A stretch of DNA of 64,000 nt from an uncultured delta proteobacterium (GCA_963707715.1 CAVPRJ010000004.1:3219-67218); one strand, 5' to 3'; positions 1 to 11,592 are shown, numbered from the stretch's first letter. Numbers and translations: made by a program. The notes: generated by a model not told the origin, from the sequence alone.

Positions 1-67
1 GCGAAATTCAGCCGGTTAACTCAACCAGCCGCATCACCAACAAGGTGCAGGCCTCTTTCGATTATCC

Positions 68-839
<772 letters not shown>

Positions 840-889
840 TTGTTCTATGAACCGAACCGTCACGCAATTCCAAACGAGGGGAGAACGCC

Positions 890-1675
890 GTGAAGAGATG
901 TATTCTGCTGATAGAGCCTGATCGCACTGTCCCTGGCTGCATCATATGCGCTCGCCAACGATTGGAACAAGGTCCGTATCGGCGTAGAAGGTGCCTATCC
1001 TCCATTCAGCTATGTCACCCCGGCTGGTGAACTGGCCGGCTTTGATATCGACATCGCCAAGGCACTCGGCGAAGCAATGGGGGCCGAAGTGACGCTGGTT
1101 GCCCAGGACTGGGACGGCATCATTCCGGCTCTGCTGGCCAAAAAATACGATGCGATCATCGCCTCCATGTCGATCACCGAAGAGCGCAAGCAGAAGGTCG
1201 CTTTCACCAACAAATATTACCAGACCCCTGCGAAGTTCATCAGCAAGAAAGGCGACTGATGAAGACATTCTCCAACGGAGGCGATGAAAGGCAAAAAAGT
1301 CGGCGTCCAGCGGGCCACCATCCATGACCGCTATCTCACCGACAACTACGGCAACGACGTGGAGATCAAGCGCTACGGCACCCAGGACGAAGCCTATCTT
1401 GATCTCACCGCCGGCCGGGTGGACATGCTGCTGGCCGACAGCGTGGCGCTGTCCGACGGCTTTCTGAAAAAGCCGGAAGGGGCGGATTATGAGTTCATCG
1501 GCCCGGATCTCAGTGATCCGAAATGGTTCGGCGACGGTGCCGGCATTGCCATTCGCAAGGACGACACGGATCTGGTCGAGAAATTCAACAAGGCCATCGA
1601 CAACGATCCGCGGCCAACGGCACTTACAAAAAAATCCAGGACAAGTATTTCGATTTCAACGTCTACGGTGAATAA
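890..1675 (+). pseudogene. Periplasmic basic/polar amino-acid-binding protein (HisJ/ArgT-like, SBP family 3), disrupted
   Basis: A GTG start follows GAGGGGAG. The signal peptide 'VKRCILLI' shifts frame into 'LIALSLAASYALANDWNKVRIGVEGAYPPFSY...DWDGIIPALLAKKYDAIIASMSITEERK'. There is an in-frame TGA TGA at 1257-1262. Reading resumes at 'MKGKKVGVQRATIHDRYL...'. A last frameshift near 1600 restores 'ANGTYKKIQDKYFDFNVYGE*'. Confidence 0.85.
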
Positions 1676-1742
1676 AACGCGACCAGTCCGCTCCTCTCAC
1701 ATCGGGCGGAAGCGGCACCTTCACCCGGCTGACCATTAAGCG

Positions 1743-2438
1743 ATGTTCATCCTACTGCACGGCTACGGCCCGTCCATTCTTCGAAGGCACCATTCTGACT
1801 CTCGAGGTGTCTCTTCTCTCTCTGGTCCTGGCAATGTTTCTCGGCATTTTCGGTGCCCTCGCCAAGCTCTCCCAACCCCGGTGCGCTCAAGCTGCTGGCC
1901 CAGGTCTACACCACCGTCATTCGCGGTGTTCCCGATCTGGTGCTGATGCTGCTGGTCTTTTTCGGCGGCCAGGTATTCGATCAATCAGATCGGCCCCTTT
2001 TCGGCTACGACGAGTACATCGATATCAACCCGTTTATCGCCGGCGTGTCGACCATCGGTTTTATTTTCGGCGCCTATATGACTGAGACCTTTCGAGGCGC
2101 CATTCTGGCGGTCAACAAAGGCCAGATCGAAGCGGCCAACGCCTATGGCATGAGCCAGCTCAGGTCTTCAGGCGAATCATCCTGCCGCAGATGGTCCGCC
2201 ACGCCCTGCCCGGTTTCGGCAACAACTGGCTGGTGCTGATCAAGACCACCGCCCTGGTATCGATCATCGGCCTTGACGATATGGTCCGCAAAGCGGCACT
2301 GGCCGCCGGCGCTACCCGAAAACCGTTCACCTTTTACCTGGTCGTGGCCATCAATTATCTGCTGATCACCACGGTTTCCGATCTATCATTCTCAAGTATC
2401 TCGAACAACGCTACAGTGTCGGGGTGAGGGAGGCGTAG
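1743..2438 (+). pseudogene. ABC transporter permease (HisQ-like), 4 frameshifts
   Basis: The fragments are 'MFILLHGYGPSIL', 'EGTILTLEVSLLSLVLAMFLGIFGALAKLS', 'NPGALKLLAQVYTTVIRGVPDLVLMLLVFFGG...TETFRGAILAVNKGQIEAANAYGMSQL', 'QVFRRIILPQMVRHALPGFGNNWLVLIKTTALVSIIGLDD' and 'ILKYLEQRYSVGVREA*'. They lie in alternating frames, with shifts near 1785, 1872, 2160 and 2385. Confidence 0.85.
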
Positions 2439-2440
2439 CG

Positions 2441-3158
2441 ATGGATTTTTCGATCATCACACGAATTTTCGGCATCTATCTGGAGGGTCTGAAAAACACC
2501 CTGATGCTGGTCTCGATTTCCCTGGCGCTCGGCCTGATGCTGGCCATTCCGCTGGCCGTGCTGCGCAGCTACGGAACCAGCCGGTCCAGGCCGCCGATCC
2601 GCGCTTTTGTCTATTTCTTCCGGGGTACACCACTGCTGGTCCAGATGTTTCTGGTCTACTACGGCTTCGGCCAGTTCGAACTGATAAACAGAGTGTTCTC
2701 TGGCCTTTTTTCAAGGAGGCCTATTTCTGTGCACTCTTTGCCTTTACGCTCAACACCGCGCCTACACCACGGAGATTATCCGCGGCGCCATCGTAGCCAC
2801 CCCCCACGGCGAGATCGAAGCCGCCCGGGCTGCCGGCATGTCTACGCCGCTCATGATCCGCGAGGCATTGTCCTGCCCAGCGCCTTCCGGCGGGCGCTGC
2901 CAGCCTATTCGCAACGAGATGATCTTCATGCTGCACGGCACATCACTGGCCAGTGTCATCACCATCATCGATATCACCGGTGCAGCACGGATCGTCAATT
3001 CAAGGTATTACAGCCCCTACGAGGCCTTTCTCACCGCCGCCGCGCTCTATATGGCAATCACCTTCCCCATCGTCTTTCTGGTCAAGAAGCTTGAGTTGCG
3101 CTGGCATGCCCATCTCCAGCCGCAATCAGACCAACCGGCCAGTGAGGCGCGGCCATGA
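2441..3158 (+). pseudogene. ABC transporter permease (HisM-like), 4 frameshifts
   Basis: The fragments are 'FFRGTPLLVQMFLVYYGFGQFE', 'WPFFKEAYFCALFAFTLNTA', 'AYTTEIIRGAIVATPHGEIEAARAAGMSTPLMIR', 'IVLPSAFRRALPAYS' and 'NEMIFMLHGTSLASVITIIDITGAARIV...'. Shifts occur near 2695, 2758, 2862 and 2912. The stop overlaps the next gene's ATG (ATGA at 3155-3158). Confidence 0.85.
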
Positions 3159-4291
3159 AAACCACCCGGACCATTGCATTGCCCCAGGCCAGCCCCGGCA
3201 CCGGCCGTTGGCTGGAGGTGATCTGCTACGGAAACCCGCAGGCGCGGCCCAAGGCCTATCTGCAGGCGGGTCTGCATGCCGATGAAGCGCCGGGATTTGC
3301 GGTACTGCACCGTCTCATACAAAAGCTCGACGAGGCGGACGCGCGCCAAGACATCCGCGGGGAGATCGTTGTCGTTCCGGCGGCCAACCCGATCGGCCTG
3401 GCCCAGTGGCGCGACGAGTCGCTGCAGGGCCGCTTCGATTTCGTCAATTGGATCAATTTCAACCGGCAGCACCATGACCTCGCCGCCGGACTGATCGAGG
3501 CTGTCGAATCTGAACTCACCAGTGATCCCCAGGCCAACACCAAGCTGATCAGAAAACAGAGCGCCCGCATCCTCAGAGAGCGGCATCCGGAAAATGAGAC
3601 CGAAGCACTGAAAACCCGGCTGCTCAGCCTTTCCCACGACGCCGATATCGTGCTCGACCTGCATTGCGATCTGCAGGCCCTGATGCATGTCTATATCGGT
3701 ACCCCGCTCTGGCCCGAGGCGCAGGATCTCTCGGCCCAGCTTGGCGCTGAGGCGACGCTGCTGGCGGCCGACTCGGGGGGCACCCCGTTCGATGAGGCCA
3801 ACAGCAGGCTCTGGTGGGTATTGCACGAACAGTTTCCAAGCTACCCGATTCCCTGTGCCTGCTGCGCCGCCACTGTCGAGCTGCGCGGCATCTCCGACAC
3901 CGATCCGCAGACCATCGACGCAGATGCGGACAATCTTTTTCTGTTCCTCCAGCGCCGCGGCCTGATCGCTGGCGATCCGCCTCCGCTGCCCCCGTTGATC
4001 AACCAGGCCACGCCGCTGACCGGGGTGGACTATGTGAAGGCCCCGGCCCCCGGTATCATCGCATTTTTCAAAAGACAGGGGGATTGGATCAATAAAGAAG
4101 AGGTAATCGCTGAAATCATCAATCCGCTGCCGGGTAGCAGCGAAGCCCCGGTTGTCCAGGTGAAAAGCAGAACCGATGGGCTGATGTTCTCCCGGCCGGT
4201 GGACCGGTTTGCCAGACCGGGCAGAATCATCGCCAAGATCGCCGGCCAAAAACCGCTGGTTGCCTCAGAAGGCGACCTGCTGACGCTCTAG
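3155..4291 (+). CDS. Succinylglutamate desuccinylase/aspartoacylase (AstE/AspA, M14-like) family protein
   Basis: This is an intact 378-aa ORF. The N-terminal 'LEVICYGNPQARPKAYLQAGLHADEAPG' and later 'DIVLDLHCD' are typical of the AstE/AspA zinc hydrolase family. Confidence 0.75.
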   Translation: MKTTRTIALPQASPGTGRWLEVICYGNPQARPKAYLQAGLHADEAPGFAVLHRLIQKLDEADARQDIRGEIVVVPAANPIGLAQWRDESLQGRFDFVNWINFNRQHHDLAAGLIEAVESELTSDPQANTKLIRKQSARILRERHPENETEALKTRLLSLSHDADIVLDLHCDLQALMHVYIGTPLWPEAQDLSAQLGAEATLLAADSGGTPFDEANSRLWWVLHEQFPSYPIPCACCAATVELRGISDTDPQTIDADADNLFLFLQRRGLIAGDPPPLPPLINQATPLTGVDYVKAPAPGIIAFFKRQGDWINKEEVIAEIINPLPGSSEAPVVQVKSRTDGLMFSRPVDRFARPGRIIAKIAGQKPLVASEGDLLTL

Positions 4292-4366
4292 GCGCTGGCA
4301 GGTGCAGCAACTCAGCCCAGCGGTCCTGGGGCCGCCTTGCCGCACCGAATCCACCGCGGACAGAAA

Positions 4367-5351
4367 TCAATAGCCGATATTGTGCTCAAACTCCTTGAGC
4401 CGTTTGTGGATCGAGCGAAGTTCGGTGATCGTCGTCCAGTTGGAGATAAAGATCGAAAACGATTCCCGCACCTTGCTGAAGGCATTGGAAACCTGCACCA
4501 GCACGCCGAGGGTGATCAGCCCGGTGAACAAGCCCGGCCCCATGATCAGGTAGGGCACGATGACCATCAACTGTTCGAAGAAGTTCACCCAGATATCAAA
4601 ATAACCGTAGTGCAGGAAGAGCCGGTGGTAGTTGAACTTTAGGCCGATAAAGAGCTCGACGATGGTCTCGGTCTTTCCGATAGTTGATTTTGTCGTCCTC
4701 GGCGTAGACCAGCTCCTTTCGGAAGGCCGCCTCCACCTTCTGGTTGTTGTACTCCAGGCCGGGCAGCTTGATGCCGACAAACCAGGAAATAAGCAGACCG
4801 CCCGAGCGAGACAAGCAGCGCCACCCAGACCAGGCTGCCGGGGATATCCTTGATATGGGGCAGATCGACCCCGGAACTCAGGCCCCAGAGGATCGGCAGG
4901 AAGGCGACCAGGGTCATGATGGCCCGGACCACCTGCAGACCGAGGCTTTCGAAAATGCGGGCGAAACGGTAGATGTCTTCCTGGATACGCTGACTGGCAC
5001 CCTCCACCTCCTCTTCAACGGTCTGCCATTTCGCGACATAGGAAAAGGTCATCGCTTCCCGCCACCGAAAGGCATACATCCGGGTAAAGTAGGCGGTCAG
5101 GGTGGCGATCAGCACATAGGGAAAGGCGATATAGAGAAAGTTGAGGATGTCACTCCAGAGACTCCGCCATCTGGTGCTCGGTCGCCTTCTGCAGCATATT
5201 GTAGAAGCCTGCCGTACCACTCATTGATCTTCACCGTCAATTCCACCTGTACGAAAGGGGCCAGCAGCACAATCACCGCCGCCGTATGCCCACAGGAACC
5301 ATCTTCTGCTCTTGAAAAATGAACGAAACATAACGCTATCCTTATCTGCAT
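4367..5351 (-). pseudogene. sbmA: SbmA/BacA-family inner-membrane peptide transporter, 3 frameshifts
   Basis: Four fragments line up collinearly with my recollection of E. coli SbmA. They are 'VELTVKINEWYG', 'YAFRWREAMTFSYVAKWQ...EGASQRIQEDIYRFARIFESLGLQVVRAIMTLVAFLPILW', '[28 protein letters not shown]' and '[16 protein letters not shown]...LITLGVLVQVSNAFSKVRESFSIFISNWTTITELRSIHKRLKEFE'. Confidence 0.8.
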
Positions 5352-5452
5352 CTCAAAGACCGCCGGTTCGGCAGCCCCGCGTTTTTTGTAACGCTGGCAT
5401 CGTCCCCGCCTGGAGTGCAGGCGGGGAGAATGAGCAAATTCCCGGGAATGGA

Positions 5453-5848
5453 TCAGGCGACGGTGATGTCGAATTCAGGCGGCTGATGGATATGCTGTTT
5501 GACCACGCATTGATTCATTGCTTTGATGACAGCTCCCCGATACTTCTCAGGAAATCCCTCGGGAAGCTCTAGTTCAATGGACATCTTCGGGTAGCGTTTG
5601 GCCTCGTCGTCCCATGCGTAGTGCATTTTCAGGCTCATACCGGTCATGTCGATATCCCGGGTGCGGCAGAATTTCATCGCAAAATAGCCGGCGCAGGTGG
5701 CAATGGAGGAGGTGAACAGCTCAAACGGCGTCGGCGCAGCTCCGTCTCCCCCCGATTTGACCGGTTGATCGGTCAGCAGAGTAAAATCTCTCACGGCAGC
5801 CGCGACTCTCAGATTGCCGGGAAAGGTTACGGTGATTTCAGTTGCCAA
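5453..5848 (-). CDS. OsmC/Ohr-family (peroxiredoxin-like) protein
   Basis: The 131-aa ORF has a size and pattern typical of the OsmC family ('GGDGAAPTPFELFTSSIATCAGYFAMKFC', with a second Cys in 'AMNQCVV'). Confidence 0.7.
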   Translation of the reverse strand: MATEITVTFPGNLRVAAAVRDFTLLTDQPVKSGGDGAAPTPFELFTSSIATCAGYFAMKFCRTRDIDMTGMSLKMHYAWDDEAKRYPKMSIELELPEGFPEKYRGAVIKAMNQCVVKQHIHQPPEFDITVA

Positions 5849-6512
5849 TGTTGTACTCCTGTAAGCAAAGTTTTTTCAATTGTGCGTTGATCTTGTCTTT
5901 GTCGCAGGCGGATGGATGAAAGCGCATGGTCCCGCCGAAACCGAGGCTGATTTCAGGCGCTTCTGCGCCTGCCTCGTCAAGCGCGGCCAGCAGCGCCTGA
6001 AAGCGGTGGATATCTCCGACATCTTCGGGCGGGCAGCCGTACTCGCCGTCGAGCAGAACGGCTGAGGCAGGCGAGTCCGGCGCCAGAATATCCTCCAGGG
6101 TGATTTCCAGCTCCCAGCCTTCACCGCCGTCATAGAGATAGGTGAAGATGAACTGCATGGCCTCCTCGAGTTGATGCAGCTCGAAGGAGGCCTCGTCATA
6201 TTGCGGCTTTCTGGTGAAATCTTCGATGCCAAATCCCGGTGAATAGAAAATCTTGCCGACCAGGAACTGATGGGTATCGCTATCGCTCCAGCCCATGCAG
6301 ATCTGGATGACCCGGTGCAAATGCGCCAGCGTCAGTTGGCCGGGCACTTGGATCCGACGCCAGATCAGCGGGTCTGAGAAAGGCAGCGACAGCTTCAACT
6401 GGTAGCCCGGCAGCTTTTCATCTGCTGAGGACCTGGGCTTTTTCCGCTGCGCTTTTTTGCCCCTGGTAAAATCGCCTTTCAAAACCTTGGCCATAATCGC
6501 CTGCTCCTGCAT
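5838..6512 (-). CDS. pRiA4b ORF-3-like (PF07929-type) domain protein
   Basis: 'YQLKLSLPFSDPLIWRRIQVPGQLTLAHLHRVIQICMGWSDSDTHQFLVG' matches the characteristic start of that family. The N-terminus is basic. The gene overlaps the OsmC gene by 11 nt. Confidence 0.6.
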   Translation of the reverse strand: MQEQAIMAKVLKGDFTRGKKAQRKKPRSSADEKLPGYQLKLSLPFSDPLIWRRIQVPGQLTLAHLHRVIQICMGWSDSDTHQFLVGKIFYSPGFGIEDFTRKPQYDEASFELHQLEEAMQFIFTYLYDGGEGWELEITLEDILAPDSPASAVLLDGEYGCPPEDVGDIHRFQALLAALDEAGAEAPEISLGFGGTMRFHPSACDKDKINAQLKKLCLQEYNIGN

Positions 6513-6616
6513 CAGCTGGTTATCGTGGGGCCCACTGGCCGAGCTCGGGCCAGTGCAGCCAACAGATCAAAATAGATAAGCATTAAAACGGATTACACCA
6601 GTTCTGGCGCTCTTTC

Positions 6617-7282
6617 AGTCAAAAAACCGGGTAAAGGTGTGGGCTGGTTCTCTGGGTGTGCGATAACTGTTGACCAGAGCCTCTTCATCTTCATACCCCA
6701 GCGCCATCCCGCCGATCAACACTGAGTCTTCGGGATAGCCAAGCAGCGTTTTGACGATCTGGGGATATTCACCAGGGCGGCCTGGGGACAGGTGGCCAGA
6801 CCGTCTTCGACCGCAGCCAGCATCAGCGATTGGAGAAACATGCCGTAATCCATGTAGGATCCGGTTTCAAGACCGGAGTCCATAAAGAAGAAGAGCATCA
6901 CCGGCGCATCAAAGGCCCGGTAGTTGGCCACCCACTGCTCCAGGCGCCGCTCTTTGTCCTGCCGCTGGAAATCCCCAGGCGTCGAATAGAGCTGCAGGCC
7001 GCACTCGATGCGTCTGGTTTTGTACGGCTCGGACCATTTAAGCGGATAGTACTGATAATCCATCCCCCCCTGCTGGCCACCCCGGAAAGCGGTTTCGATG
7101 CGCTTTTGCAGCTCGACCCTGGTAGCGCCGGTCACCACCGCCACCTGCCAGGGCTGGGTATTGACGCCCGAAGGGGAATGTTTGGCCGCTTCGAGCACGT
7201 CGATAATGGTCTGCTGCTCCACCGGCCGTTGTAGAAATGCCCGGGTTGACTTTCTTTTCCGCAACGCATCACTTACCTTCAT
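6617..7282 (-). pseudogene. Nitroreductase-family protein with one C-terminal frameshift
   Basis: The N-terminus reads 'RKSTRAFLQRPVEQQTIIDVLEAAKHSPSGVNTQPWQVAVV'. The ORF ends prematurely at 6716. A shifted frame continues with '...VLIGGMALGYEDEEALVNSYRTPREPAHTFTRFFD*', ending near 6617. Confidence 0.75.
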
Positions 7283-7353
7283 GGTTTCCCTCCGATGGCT
7301 CCGGATTGCTCAAGCCGCCGCCCGGATCATTTGTTAAATGAAGTCTGATGAAA

Positions 7354-10291
7354 CTAGAAATAGATCTCGTTATGCCCGACCAGGCTGAGACGCTTGCGCA
7401 GCTGATTAATCTGGCCGAATATCTTTTCCAGCAGTTCCTTTTCCATATGGCTCAGCTCATTGGCATTGACATGATTGTCCGGCTCATGCACCAGTGTCGA
7501 GTCGTCTGACCTGGTGCTTGAGACGGAGCTGCATCAGGTAGTTGTAGGCCTCGACAATCTCCTGGTGCACAGCACTTTTCAGCACCTCTGATCTCGTGCA
7601 GCCGGTTGATGCGCTGCAAGGTGTTGGTACTTTCAAGCCCATAGTATATGGCGTAGACCCGGGCAAAACCGACGACCTGGGCCATCGCATGCTTGATGTT
7701 GAAGGTGTTGGGATGCTCACCCCCGGATTCCACTGACAGTTTGCCGAAGAAGTCGATCGGCACCTTGAAGAGCAGCGTATTCTGGGCCATCTGGTAGAGA
7801 AAGGCCTTCTGGTTCTGGGCCGGATTTGATATGCTCATGCAGGGCGTCGGTGAACTGGCGGTCTCCGTAGAGGCAGCGAAAATCGAAGAAAATCGAGACC
7901 TCCATCAGGGTTTCCGGGCACGATTCGTTGATCCATTCGGAGAAATAGTCCTTCCAGCGCGAAAACGGCTGACACCAGGCGGGATTCATCGCCATGATTT
8001 CGCCGCTGCAGAAGCGGTAGCCGACCTCGTCGAGCCAGCTGCAGTACCATGCTGCCGAACCGGTTAAAATAAGCCTGCACCGATTCGCTGGCCTGCTCAT
8101 CCACATCTTCGAAAATAATGGCATTGTCCTGGTCTGTCACCAGGGTCTGCTCGCCGCGTCCTTCGCTGCCCACGCTGACAAAGGCAAACCGGGTGGGCGG
8201 CTCGCCAATCTCCTCGATGGTAAGATCGATCAAGCGCTCCAGGACCGTATCCGAGACCCGGGTGATGATCCTGTTGATATTTCTGGCATGGGCGCCCGAA
8301 TCGGTCAGCGCCTTGATGATCCGGGGCAGGCGATGATGGCTCTGGACAATTTCTTCCACACTTTTAGCGTTTCTGATCTGTTCGATCATGAATGTCGACG
8401 AGTAGCGGTGCACGTCGAGCAATTCCTCGTTGCTGATTATGCTGACCACCATATCGTGCTCATCCCGAACCACCAGATGCTTGATGTCATGCTCCTGAAG
8501 CAGCATTACGGCCTCGAAAATCAGCGCGGTATCCTCAATAAAGATCAACGGCGTGCTCATCACCTCGCCGACTTTCGTGTCAGGGGCCAGGTTTTCCGCA
8601 AGTACGCGTTCCCTGAGCAGCAGATCGGTAACGATACCGACCATGGTCTGTTCACGGGAGATCAGGATCGCACTTTTCCTGGCCTCACTCATAATCTGGG
8701 CAGCTATACCTACCGGCGTATCGTAATCGCAGGAGATATAGCCGGTCAGACCGTTTTTAACCGGCTGGTTCAAGAACATCAGCGAGGTCTGCAGTTCGAC
8801 GATCAGGTTTTCACGTTCCTCAGCCGTCTTCTGCCGGCTGCTCACATCTTCGATAATGGAATCGCAATGTCGAGGGTTGCCCTCGCTGTCATGACTGAGC
8901 ACCATCGAAACCGACACGATCCTGGGCCTGTCCCCTGACTGCTTTACCCTGAAAACCTGCTCTCTGGCAATACCGTCGACGTCAAAGCTGGCAGACAGCG
9001 GTGCGGCATCCTTGTCCTCTTCCAAATAATCGAACAGCTCGGTATCGATGATCTGCCGCTCGTCACCACCCGCGAGAAGGGCCACCGCGAATGGGTTTGC
9101 TTCGAGGATTTTGAAGCGCGGGCCCGGCGTTGTGCGAAACACCCCGATGCTGAGACGATTGGTGAGCAGGCGATAGCGCTCACGGCTCTCATCGAGTTCC
9201 TCCTCCATGCGCCTGGCCCTGGAGAGATCCCGCACAGTCGCCACAATCACCTTGTCTAAACCGAGATCCTTGCTGCTCAGGCTCAGAAGAACCTGGGTTT
9301 GCTGTCCATCCGGTCGCCGCAGCAGCGCCTCATGCTCACCGGCGACCTGCGCGCCACGCAGCACTTGGCTCAATATTTGATCAGCTGATTTTGCCGCCTC
9401 GGCTTTGACGACCTCAAACAGTTCCGTCAGATCGATGGATTCGAGTTCTGCCGCGCTGTAGCCGCTCAGATCCTCCATCGAACTGTTGGCATAAATGCAT
9501 TGCCCCGCGTGAATCATCATTACCGGCTCCACCGCCGACTCAACCAGGGTTTTGTACTTGATCCGGGAACGACGCAGGTCAGCCTCAGCGCGACGCCGCT
9601 TGTTTTCGATAATCAGGGAGCGCAGCACCACCAGGGTCAGCAGGATGGAAATGAAAAAGAGCGTCAGGTAGATCATCCGGGAGAGCCGCCGGGTGATCGT
9701 GGTCATTTTTTCTTCGAGATCGTCCAGAAAAACGCCGGTGCCGATAACCCAGCCCCACGGTTCGAATTTCTTCACATAGGACAGCTTGGGAACGTTCTGC
9801 ACCGTCTGGTATTTGCGGTTCCAGATATAGTCGATATACCCGCTCTCTGAAGTGGATACCGTCTCGATGATATCCATAAATATCTTTTTGCCGCCGACCC
9901 CTTCGAAGCTGCTCAGATCGCTGCCGACCATCTCCTTGGAATACGGATGCATGATCAGCTTGGGCTGCAGGTCGGAAATCCAGAAATAGTCCCTGAATTC
10001 ATTGCCGTAGCGCAGGTGTTCGATCTCTTCAACGGCCTTGCGCTGGGCTTCGGACCGGCTGAGCCGACCGGCCTGCTCCTGTTGTTCATAGAGCACCATG
10101 ATGCTCCAGGAGACATTGACCAGCTCACGGATCATATCCCGTTTGCTGTCCAGGAATATCTCTTTGAATATCGGTATTATAAAAAGATAGGTGGAGCCGA
10201 GCAGGATGGCAATGGCGAGCACGGTGGGCAGAATTATCGAGACGATAAAAAAAACCCAGGATGTTTTCTTGTATGCTCTGGCCATGCTCAT
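7354..10291 (-). pseudogene. Sensor protein with TM, sCache_2, TM, two PAS, two CBS, DUF294 nucleotidyltransferase and DUF294_C; C-terminal 0.8 kb carries about 4 frameshifts
   Basis: Cache signature 'YFWISDLQPKLIMHPY...KLSYVKKFEPWGWVIGTGVFLDD' lies between two hydrophobic segments. PAS-like regions follow. The CBS pair includes 'IAAQIMSEARKSAILISREQTMVGIVTDLLL' and 'HLVVRDEHDMVVSIISNEELL'. The NTase motif is 'FAFVSVGSEGRGEQTLVTDQDNAIIFED'. The tail can be read only across frames (shifts near 8040, 7835, 7590 and 7495) and ends '...QLRKRLSLVGHNEIYF*' at 7354. Confidence 0.75.
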
Positions 10292-10380
10292 TTAGAAAAA
10301 CAGAACCCCAGCCGGCGCACCTGCCCGCCTGAATTTCAGCGCAAATTGCCGGATTTTACCTCCTGCCCTTGGCCTTCTCC

Positions 10381-11592
10381 TCAGATAAAGAGCTGCGGGG
10401 ATGAGCCGTTGTCTCTAAGTCTCAGTTTCTGCCGGTAACTGGTGAGACAGCGCAGCTCAGAGCCGTTTACCTTGACCTCAAAGGCTTCCGGCCTTTTCTC
10501 GAGGGCCTTGAACAGCACCTCGACCAGCCTCGGGTCGAAATGACGCCCCGCCTCCTGCTGGAGATTCACGACGCTGTCTTCGAATTTCATTTTGGCGAAA
10601 TAGGTGCGGCCGGCCAGCATCGTCTCAAACGCATCGCACAGGGTCAGAATACGGGCGCCCATCGGAATCGCATCGCCCTTCAGCCCATCGGGATAACCAC
10701 TGCCGTCATAGCGTTCGTGGTGGTGACGGATCAACGGAACCACATCATTGAGAAATTTGAGCGGTTTGGTAATCCGGGCGCCGATTTCCGGGTGCTGCCT
10801 GACGATGTCCATTTCCTTTCTGGAGAGGATACCGAGCCTCTCGAGGATGTCGTCGTTCATACCGATCTTGCCGATATCATGCAGCAGACCGCCGTGATAG
10901 ATGGTTTCGATTTCCGCCGCCGGCAGCTGCAGCTCCTCAGCCACCGTTCTGGCAAAGCGAGCCACCCGCAACGAATGGCCGTGGGTCGACTCGTCCTTGG
11001 CCTCCAGAGCCAGCGTAAAACCCTCCACCATCTGCCTCAGGCTCTGCAGCATTTTTTCGTCGTAACTGAATGCCTTGTGCAGCGCAATGGCACCCTGTTC
11101 GCCCAAGGCGGTCAGGATTTCCAGCTCCCGGCTCTCAAGCTCTCTACGGTTGTAGAAATAGACCGCCAGAATACCGCTGTACGAGTCGATAATATCGAAA
11201 TGCATTGCCGTGATGGAGCCCACACTGCGCTTGCCGATGGTATCGAGTTCGGGGATGCGCCGATCGGTCTTGGCATCTTCAATCCAGACCAGCGGGCCCT
11301 GTTCGCGGCTAAACAGGCCGATTAATTCGCGGTAGTTGACGTTGGCCAGGCTGCGGTAGGCAAAGCCGTGGGAGACCATGGTCTCGATACGTTCCCGGCC
11401 GTGATCGACAATCCAGTAGATACAGCCTTTTGCCAGCAGAATCTCTTTGATGTTTCTGACGATATGTTCCAGGATTTCTGAGGTGTTCTCACCTAAATGA
11501 ATCGCTTTGCTTACCTGCGAAAAAACCCTGAAAAAGTCGGAATATGTGCCAGTCATGCGTCTTATCCTAAGTTCCTCGTTAAATCTGTACAT
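10381..11592 (-). CDS. GAF-domain HD-GYP phosphohydrolase (likely c-di-GMP phosphodiesterase)
   Basis: 'LLHDIGKIGMNDDIL' and 'HHHERYDGSGYPDGLKGDAIPMGARILTLCDAFETM' are the HD and GYP motifs. The N-terminal ~170 aa look GAF-like. Confidence 0.85.
   Translation of the reverse strand: MYRFNEELRIRRMTGTYSDFFRVFSQVSKAIHLGENTSEILEHIVRNIKEILLAKGCIYWIVDHGRERIETMVSHGFAYRSLANVNYRELIGLFSREQGPLVWIEDAKTDRRIPELDTIGKRSVGSITAMHFDIIDSYSGILAVYFYNRRELESRELEILTALGEQGAIALHKAFSYDEKMLQSLRQMVEGFTLALEAKDESTHGHSLRVARFARTVAEELQLPAAEIETIYHGGLLHDIGKIGMNDDILERLGILSRKEMDIVRQHPEIGARITKPLKFLNDVVPLIRHHHERYDGSGYPDGLKGDAIPMGARILTLCDAFETMLAGRTYFAKMKFEDSVVNLQQEAGRHFDPRLVEVLFKALEKRPEAFEVKVNGSELRCLTSYRQKLRLRDNGSSPQLFI

Noticed and set aside
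5838-6512. The pRiA4b-ORF3-like gene as evidence for a plasmid-derived or mobile island spanning 4.3-7.3 kb.
   Set aside because: No integrase, transposase, tRNA target, direct repeats or obvious compositional break are visible. One family name is not enough.
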